NCBI GenBank assembly: GCA_964016885.1
Contig: OZ024761.1
Location: forward strand, 17,980,001 to 18,044,000
Direction of reading: 5' to 3'
DNA: 64,000 nucleotides
Origin: Eledone cirrhosa
Lineage: Eukaryota
The position numbers and the translations under genes are program-made. The notes beneath the pieces were generated by a model. It searched no databases, was not told where the DNA came from, and worked only from the letters and a program-made list of their open reading frames with translations. Below are positions 55,506 to 64,000 of the stretch, piece by piece; position 1 is the stretch's first letter, and every line of letters begins with the position of its first letter.

Positions 55506-58500
55506 TTAAATGTAAAGGTCAAAATCTATTCTCTTTGAGCTGTAGAACTGGCCACTGCTGTCAGCTTTCTTCACATAAACACCATCTGGGAAATATCCTT
55601 CTGTTGTCCAATGTAACATCTGTGAACTGGTGTAAGGGCCGTACACATCTGAGTCACTGTTTTGCCATTTGTACAACCACATGACTTCCTCGTTTGCTGT
55701 AGAAGCATCTGGAAAAATGAAATCAATAGTAATATTACATTATATATATATTTAGAAGATAAACAGAAATAACATAATCGGTACAGTATATGGAAGGAAT
55801 ATATTAGGTTAACGCTTGAAATAGCATGAAGAGGGTCTTAACGCTAGTCCTTCATCAGAAGAAAGAATGAGAAATTAGATAGATTGAGGAGACGGGCGAG
55901 GTGGAATTAGAAAAAATGTCTTTAGATAAAAAAAACAGGTTCATTCATATTGCCATCTCTTGGAAAACTTCAATTCAACAGATATGTATATAGCATCATC
56001 ACCATTTAACGTCCACTTTTCTAGCTAACATGGGTTAGACGAGTTGTCCTGTTGTAAGATAGGCCAGGTCAGGTCAGGTGACTACGTCTTGCTTGTATAT
56101 ATATATCATCGTTTAATATATTACCCATACAAAATCGTCTTCCTCACTGTGAAAATGGGCACTCTGGCCAGCTGGGTTTGAATTTTAATAATATAACTTA
56201 GTTGTTCATAGAATGAGTGAGGAAACAGCTGAAGCTATGTCCGTCCTATTCAACTTGCTTCGTCTCCTGATTATCTGGAAACTGTTCAGAGACGTGCAAC
56301 CAAGCGAATACCCTCCATCAGGCATCTACCATACTCTGAGCGCCTTGCTTCCCTGGGCATGGATTCATTGAAGCTCCGACGCCTGGCAACTGACTTGGTA
56401 AACACCCACAAAATTGTTAACCATGTTGCCAACAACAACCCTGAGTGCCTTTTCGATTTCCATGTGTCTAACACACGTGGACATGCCCACAAAGTAAGAA
56501 AACAGCACAGTTCCCATCACTTTCGGAAACATTTTTTCACGCTCAGGGTTGCTGAAGCATGGAACAAACTACCTGCATCAGTTGTTAGCTGTCGAGACAC
56601 TGCATCCTTTAAGGCCTCCATGCTTCCCGAGATCCGCCAACACATACACACATGTACTTCCCTGACATTTGTGTATTATTCTATGTACTATATTGACGAG
56701 TTGTAGTGCACCTGACCACTTTACACAATAATTTCATTATTATTATAAACTAATTTATTTATTTCATGTACTGTGTCGTTTGTTTTGTTATTACTCCTAC
56801 ATACATACATGTATATATCAAATAAGAGTAGTCAAGACGGGATTATATATATATATATATATATATATCATCATCATCGTCGATTAACATCTATCTTCCA
56901 CACTAGCATGGTTTAGACAGGTTTGTCTCAATTAGAGGCAAGTTGGGTCGGGTGACCGTGTCTCGCTCATATAGCAGAGTTTCTGGCTGGTTTTCTACGG
57001 CTGGATGCTCTTTTTAACGCCAACCACATTGGTAGAGTGTGCTGGATGCTTTTTGCCGTGTCTTTTACACATCAACTTTACAGTGTGCTGGGTACTTTTT
57101 GTCTTGACACCTACACTGCATTATTTAATGCAGAAATGACTTCTACAGGACTAGAACTGTTTCATTTGTATGATTTCATTCAAATGAAAGGCCTAGTCCT
57201 GTAGAAGTCACTTCTATATTAAATAATTGTTTCTACTTTAGGCACAAGGCCAGCAATTACCCAGTGCATTACTGGTACTTTATTTTATCGACCCCGTAAG
57301 AATGAAAAGCAAAGTCAACCACGGCGGGATTTGAACTCAGATCATAAAGGGATGTAACTATGCTGGAAAGCATGGCGTCCGACCCTCTACCGATACTGCC
57401 AATCCACTAAATAATGATGCTTACACTCTTTACTAATGTGTTGAGTCTTTTGTAGTCATGGTTACCCACCAATATTACACAGAAAGCCAGAATTAATAGC
57501 AAGACATTGAATCTGATGAACTAACAACTCTGCCAATTCACCGAAGGGGTCAAGAGATGAGAAAATGTCTTACCTGTTGAGGTTCCTCCATTTTGATTAT
57601 CTGCAGAATTAGCCATAGATTTGCTGTCACTTGTTGTTGCTTTTGTTGTGTCCACATTGCAGCCCTTGTTGTCAATTGGATCAGCAAACATGTCCAACAT
57701 ATTGTCACTGCTGTCCATCGGCACTGCTCCTGCTGTCTGTGATGTCGTTGTCATGCCAACATTGCCAGCTGACATCTTACCGGAGTCCCTCTTCAGAATA
57801 TAGTTCAGTTTCTCGTAGGTCATCTCGTAGACTTCCATCTGGCCAGTAGAGAGGAGCTGGTCAGCGTAGCCGGTCAAAATCAACATCTTCTCCTTGTTGT
57901 TTTCCTCTTCCAGTCGCTGCGGTTGCGGAGTTCTCTCCCCTTTCTCTCCACGACCACCACCACCACCACCTCCTCCTCCTGATGAGTCTTCTCTCTCGTT
58001 CCCTTTCCTACCCCTCATCTTTGACTTCTTCCACCTGTCTGCTGAAGAGGTCTTCTGTCTACTCTTCACCCCTCCGCCCAGCCGCCGTATCGCTCTCAGT
58101 ACTGTCTCCCCTGGCAACATCAGCTCCAGCATCTTCCCATAGATCAGATTATTTTCAACAACCTCCTCCATATCGTCTTCTTCCTCATCCTCCTCATAAT
58201 TCTTCATTGCTGCCGACAACCTGCTCTTATTTTTGTGGCTTGTGTGTTTCACATATTGCCAATCAATGTTATCGATCCAGTTGTCGTGGATATCGTCCTG
58301 TTCAGAACATAAAAGAAAATATATTTAACAAAATAATAATTTCAGATTTAGGCACAAGGCCAGCAATTTTGGGGGAAGGTGAAAGACGATTAAATTGATC
58401 CCAGTGCGATACTGGTACTTTATTTTATTGCCCCTTTAAGGATGAAAGATAAAGCTAACCTCAGCAGCATTTGAATTCAGAACGTAAAGGGCTGTAACTC

Positions 58501-60977
58501 TACGCTGCAAAGCATGTTGTCCAACACTCTACCGATTCTGCCAATCCACCGCCCTTAACAATAATAATAATAATAATAGCTTCTGATTTAGGCACAAGGC
58601 CAAGAATTGTCGCAGGGAAGGGGCAAGTCGATTAAATCGACCCCAGTGCATTACTGGTAGTTTATTTTATCAATCTGTGAGGATGAAAGGAGAGCAGACT
58701 GATCCATGTTATGAGGATGTACAGTGAGAGATTATAAATAGACTTACCTGTTTGTCAAATATAAATGTACCCTGCCTGTCAAAGTGACCCGTTTCCAACT
58801 CTTCCTTCATGTTGAAAGGTGTTATCTTGATATCTTCATCATAATCTATCGTTGCATCTTCCTGGCCTGTGGTTCAAATAGTAGAAGAATTAGATATTCA
58901 TTCATATATGTATTCATTTCATTTTACATCCACTTTTCCCTGCTTGCAAGGGTGGGACGGGAACTGATTCTGGCTTGATTTCTACAGCTGGATGCCCTTC
59001 CTAACACCAACCTCATTTACAGTGTGGGCTGGGTGCTTTTTTGCTGTGGCACCAACACGACCACTTTGCAGTGGAATGATAGGGACCCCAGTCCCTAGCA
59101 TCTCATTTCTACAGCTGAGTAAACTGGAGCAATGTGAAATAAAGTGTCTTGCTCAAGGAAACAACACATCACCTGGTGTGAGAATTGAACTCACAACCTT
59201 TCGATTGCAAGGCCAATGCTCTAACCACTAAGCCATGTGCCTCCATATTGATAAATATATATACACATCTATATACATACATATGTGAAGGTACATGGCT
59301 TGGTGGTTAGAGCATTGGGCTTGCAATTGAAAGGTTGTGAGTTCAATACTCGGACCGGGTGATGTGTTGTTTCCTTGAGCAAGACACTTTATTTCACGTT
59401 GCTCCAGTTTACTCAGCTGTAGAAATGAGATGATAGGACTGGGGTCCCTATCATTAAATCACCCAAGACACCTCCAACGAGATATACCTTGGAGGAACCA
59501 GCTAAACCTGCATAGGTGTGAGCTGTCAAGCACACACATACATATAGGCACACATATCTTCTGGTACTCTGGTTTAAATAGTAAAGGAATTACATATTTA
59601 TGTCTATTGATATATATATATATACACTCACACACCTATATACATACATATAGATACATACATCGTATGAGGACTATATACGTTGTATATATTAAACAAA
59701 AACTCACACACATCTTCCAGTCCTGTGGTTTAAACAGTAAAGGTAATACACATTTATTTGTATTGATACACACAACTATAAACATACATACAGGTACACA
59801 CATCTAAGTGAATACATATAGATACACACACATCTATGTGCATACATATACATAAACAAATCTAGGTGCATACATATAGATACACACACATTTATGTACA
59901 TATATATATAAATACACACATCTATGTACATGTAGATATACACACACATTTATGTACATACATATGGATAATACATATCTATGTACACACACACATTTCT
60001 GCAAATACATATAGATAGACATGATTAGGAGACGAGTGTAATAATTTTTTTAACACTGGCATAAAGCCAGCAATTTTTAGGGGAAGGGGGAAAGTCGATT
60101 ATATCAACCCTAGCATTTCACTGGTACTTTATTTGAACTAAGGAAATAGAAAGTCGTAATTAAATTACTGCAAAGCATTTCGCCCAACGCTCTGCCGATT
60201 CTGCCAATCCAGGAGATGGTTGTAATAATGGTTTCTGATTTAGGCACGAGGCCAACGATAAAGTGCGTAGCCCGGAGATGAGAGAGTTACTCCAGGTAGA
60301 GCTGCGACTTCTAACTGAGAAATCACTGCTCCGACACTATGGGCATGTGTTAAATGTCCCAGGAAAGAATCGCTGGGCAGATTTTACGGGAAAAACCAAA
60401 AACTGGCAGGAGACTCAGGGGTAGACCCCGAACAAGATGGTTGGATAACATCCATAAGCTTGGCTGGTCACGCCTGCGGATCCAGCCGGATCAGTTGGAG
60501 ACGGTTGCTTCTGACAGGACCCGCTCAAAGGAGTGTTTGAGGACACTTCCCCCACGACCCTCTCAGGAATAACCGGCGAAGAAGAAAAGGGGAAAGTCGA
60601 TTAAATCGACGCCAATGCGTTACTGGTACTTTATTTTACCGACCCCATAAGGATAAAAGGCAGAGCTAATCTCGGAGAGATTCGAACTCAGAACACAAAG
60701 GACCGTAACTCTATGCCGTAAAGCATTTTGTTCGACGCTTTAACGATATTGCCAATACACCGCCCTGACGGGTGTAATAATAGAAATTTATCAAAGATAT
60801 ATGAACAAAGTAAACACGTGTCAGTCTAGATCTGTGTGTGTGTGTGTGTATTTGTTTGTTTATAATTCGTAAATTAGCGCATCGATGAAATATGTACCAG
60901 ACATGAAAATAAATAAATACTAGGGATCGATAACATCGACTACATCTTTTGAAGCCAATAAAATAATATTTCTCTCT

Positions 60978-61014
<37 letters not shown>

Positions 61015-61753
61015 CAGACACTAGTCAATCTATGTTCTTAAGTCAGTCTCTTCATCTCTTAACGCTCACTGCATTTATTCATATCTCCCGATCTCTTTCT
61101 ATACACACACACATCTCTATCGCTTACTGTGTGTGCGTGTATATATATATATATATATATATATAAATGAAAGGTATAGAAAATATTGTAGCATAAGGCC
61201 AATATATATATATATATATATATAAATCTACCGCTCTCTCTTTATATATATGTATCATCGTTTAACATTTATTATCCACGCTAGCATGGGTTAGACGAGT
61301 TTGCCCCATTAGAGGCAAGTCTCTACAGTTCACTGTATTTATACATATCCCCCGATCTCTCTCTGTATACGTATACATCTCCCACTCTCTCCCTCTCTAC
61401 ACACATCACAGTCGCTCACTGTGTATATTTACCTGCCGCTCTATCTCTCTATATATACACGCACACACATATCTCAGTCGCTCACTCTATATGTAGATAT
61501 CTGATGCTTAACAACACTTACCTTCTATGTCATCCTCACTCAACACTTCACCTTCACCTTCAACATGGTCTTCCTCGTCGCTGTCCAGCGAATGTTTTTC
61601 TTTGAACCTCCGGTTAATCGCCTCCTTCGCTGTTGGCACTCCGTCTTCTTCCTGTGTCGTCTCCAAACACATTCTCTTCGGAGCTCCAGCAAGGACCTCG
61701 CCATCACCATCCACCAGTTTTCTCCGCATCGTTTTGTGCGCGCTTGAAGCCAT
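55506..61753 (-). CDS. CD2BP2: CD2 antigen cytoplasmic tail-binding protein 2 / U5-52K (exons 61753-61522, 58866-58748, 58297-57574, 55708-55506)
   Basis: [16 protein letters not shown]|[59 protein letters not shown], then the C-terminal GYF domain [41 protein letters not shown] introns with consistent phases. Confidence 0.96.
56262..56746 (+). mobile_element. CR1-clade LINE 3' fragment
   Basis: [58 protein letters not shown], followed by an (ATT)n tail. Confidence 0.85.
58915..59455. mobile_element. Head-to-head inverted pair of SINE family 1 copies (58915-59245 minus; 59288-59455 plus)
   Basis: The two tRNA heads point away from each other across a ~42-nt spacer. Confidence 0.85.
60262..60590 (+). 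mobile_element. RTE-clade LINE 3' fragment
   Basis: [34 protein letters not shown], followed by a (GAA)n tail. Confidence 0.75.
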
Positions 61754-61768
61754 GTTGATTAACGTTTG

Positions 61769-61780
61769 TGTGACGTCACA
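61769..61780. promoter_or_regulatory. CRE/ATF palindrome just upstream of the CD2BP2 start codon
   Basis: Perfect 12-bp palindrome TGTGACGTCACA containing TGACGTCA, about 16 nt 5' of the ATG on the minus strand. Confidence 0.45.
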
Positions 61781-64000
61781 GATCGTTTACACGAGAGGAT
61801 GTAACTAGCATCAACCACTGTCACACAGAGACATCACACGAATAGTTCATTGTTTTTTTTTGTTTTTTTTTTAAAAACAAACACACACTGATATATAGAT
61901 GAGATGTTACTAGTTAAGACCAGTAAAACCATTATTCAACTTAGTGCGCTATACTTAAGAAAAGTAGAGTATATTATAGGGATTCTTTGCCACACGGTTA
62001 AGCTTATACCGCAGAGCAAAGAATACCTGTAATATATAGATGTAGTGCTTCACCGTCGTGAACTCTCAAGATCATGAAGATGTACACCAGGATGGCAAGA
62101 CTTGGAGAGAAGACGAGCTGTGCCAGGTTTAAGGTGCTCGGGACACGCCGTATGTCAAGACGGGTCTGGAATTACAGGACCATATATATATATTTGGCAC
62201 TCTGTCAGTTACGATGACGAAACATCGAGTTGATACGATCAACAAAATTGCCTGCACATGAAATTAATGTGCAAGTGGCTAAGCATTCCAGCAGAGATGC
62301 GTACCATTGACATAGTTTTCAGGGAGATTCAGCGTGACACAGAATTTGACACGGCTGGCAATTCGATTGAAGGTACAACTCATTTTTGCCAGCTAGATGG
62401 ACTGGAGCAAAGGTAGATCAACCCACCAGAGTACTCGATACTTGGGGTAGTAGAGTGGGTGATATGAAAAAATTCAGGACCCCGACGCCTGAGCTCCGGC
62501 TGTTTCAGAAGTTCAGTCGTCGGGGTCCTCCTGCTATTTCAAGCGTTAACCTAATATATTCCTTCCATATACTCTACCGATTGTGTTGTTATTTCTGTTT
62601 ACTTTTACATACATATATATCTAAACTATAATAAAGTAAGGAGCGCGGGACTGCGTACGGTTTATAATTTTTGTTATCCCATTAGTAAAATAAGTTGGAT
62701 TACTTTGAATAAATAATGAATGAATATTACATAATTTATCTACTAAATTTCGTGGCTGTTCATTAAATATATTTTATTACTTATTTAAAGATTCACCTCT
62801 TTAAAATGTACAAATGCAACACTTCCGGTTAGCGGTCGCTTAACCCTTTAATGTCCAAACCGGCCAGAATTCTCTACTTTTTTTTCTGCTGAAACTGGCT
62901 GTAACTGGTCACTCAAACTGATGTTAAGGTATTGTTCTCAAAATAAATACTTTCAAAATCTAATAGATTCGATATTTTGTGAGATAAATCATTTACCATG
63001 AAAATATAATAGTATATATAGAGTAACGTATAATTGTTTCTACTTTTGGCACAAGGCCAGCAATTATTTCAGTGTATTACTGGTACTTTATTTTATCGAC
63101 CTCATAAGGATGAAAGGCAAAGTTAACCTCGGCGGGATTTGAACTCAGAGTAATGTATAATGTGAATGCTAAAGGGTTAAATATATATTCATATATTTCT
63201 ATCACTAATTTTCTCCTAATGCAGTTTATATATAATATCGTCTTTTTTTCATGTATCATGGATTACGTTACTGATTACATAAGACATTGTAACACAGTCT
63301 TCGTTCAATTTTTGTATATTGTCAATTATGATTTTATTTGATGTATCATATCTACATGTATATATACTTGCGTATAATATCAATATATACACTACACATG
63401 CCAGCAGAAAACCACCCGAAAGGTGCGTTTTTCTGCTAGTTTATATAAAAAAAATCGTTTAAAAAAAAAAATGAAAACAATCGCTCTGATTGGCTGTAAT
63501 GGTTGGCATGGCACTGGCCAAACAGTATAATCAAACGACGTGTGTGTCAAGACAGGGGTGGGAATTTAAATTTAAATCTGCCTCTCCTACCCCTGACAGG
63601 TATTTAGGTAATCAATGACCCTCACCCACCTCCGTTTTATAGGAATTCAATTGCTGCCCTTCTGGCCAGACACCTAAGAGGTTTGTTGCATTACTTGTTT
63701 CGTATATTGTTCAACAGGTGGTCGTTTGACTAAATTACAAGGTAAATATTGAGTCTGTAGTGACAGGTATCATCATTGTCATCATCATCATCATCGTCGT
63801 CGTCATCATCATCATCATCGCTTAACGTCCATTTTTTTCCCACGCTAGCATGGGTTAAACGAGTTGTCCCATTGTGAGATAAATCAGCTCAGGTGATCGT
63901 GTTTTTGCTCATACAAGTACATATATGTGTGTGTGTATGTGTGCTTTATACATGTATGTATGAATGTATGTATATGTATGTGTATCTCTATCTATCTAGG

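Noticed and set aside
55760-55862. Minus-strand CTGATGAaggactagcg.. with a tail shared with 62530-62605
   Set aside because: No GAAA half is present. Probably a deleted relic, so it cannot be called a ribozyme.

Overview
Eukaryotic, AT-rich genomic DNA saturated with microsatellites and SINEs. The repeat landscape suggests an octopod cephalopod (inference). Five conserved genes can be reconstructed with GT-AG junctions and consistent phases: the 3' part of ESS2/DGCR14 (+), TIMM10 (-), a full-length furry/FRY homologue encoded by a single uninterrupted 8.9-kb ORF (+), LENG1 (+) and CD2BP2 (-). There is also an orphan 265-aa repeat ORF, decayed non-LTR retrotransposons (R4-like, CRE-like, CR1, RTE), two tRNA-SINE families, piggyBac- and mariner-type MITEs, a truncated 5S rRNA copy and several kb of (TA)/(TATG) arrays. 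The least expected signal is a set of short elements, mostly embedded in (TA)n tracts, that carry type I hammerhead ribozyme cores (best at 23408-23478), as in Penelope-like elements. Related copies appear to have been converted into long palindromes pivoting on ribozyme stem II. Other notable items are the intronless furry CDS (probable retrogene), a minisatellite built from an amplified 5' splice site in LENG1, and close inverted SINE pairs that are candidate ADAR substrates. All calls were made by eye; no database searches or folding programs were run.
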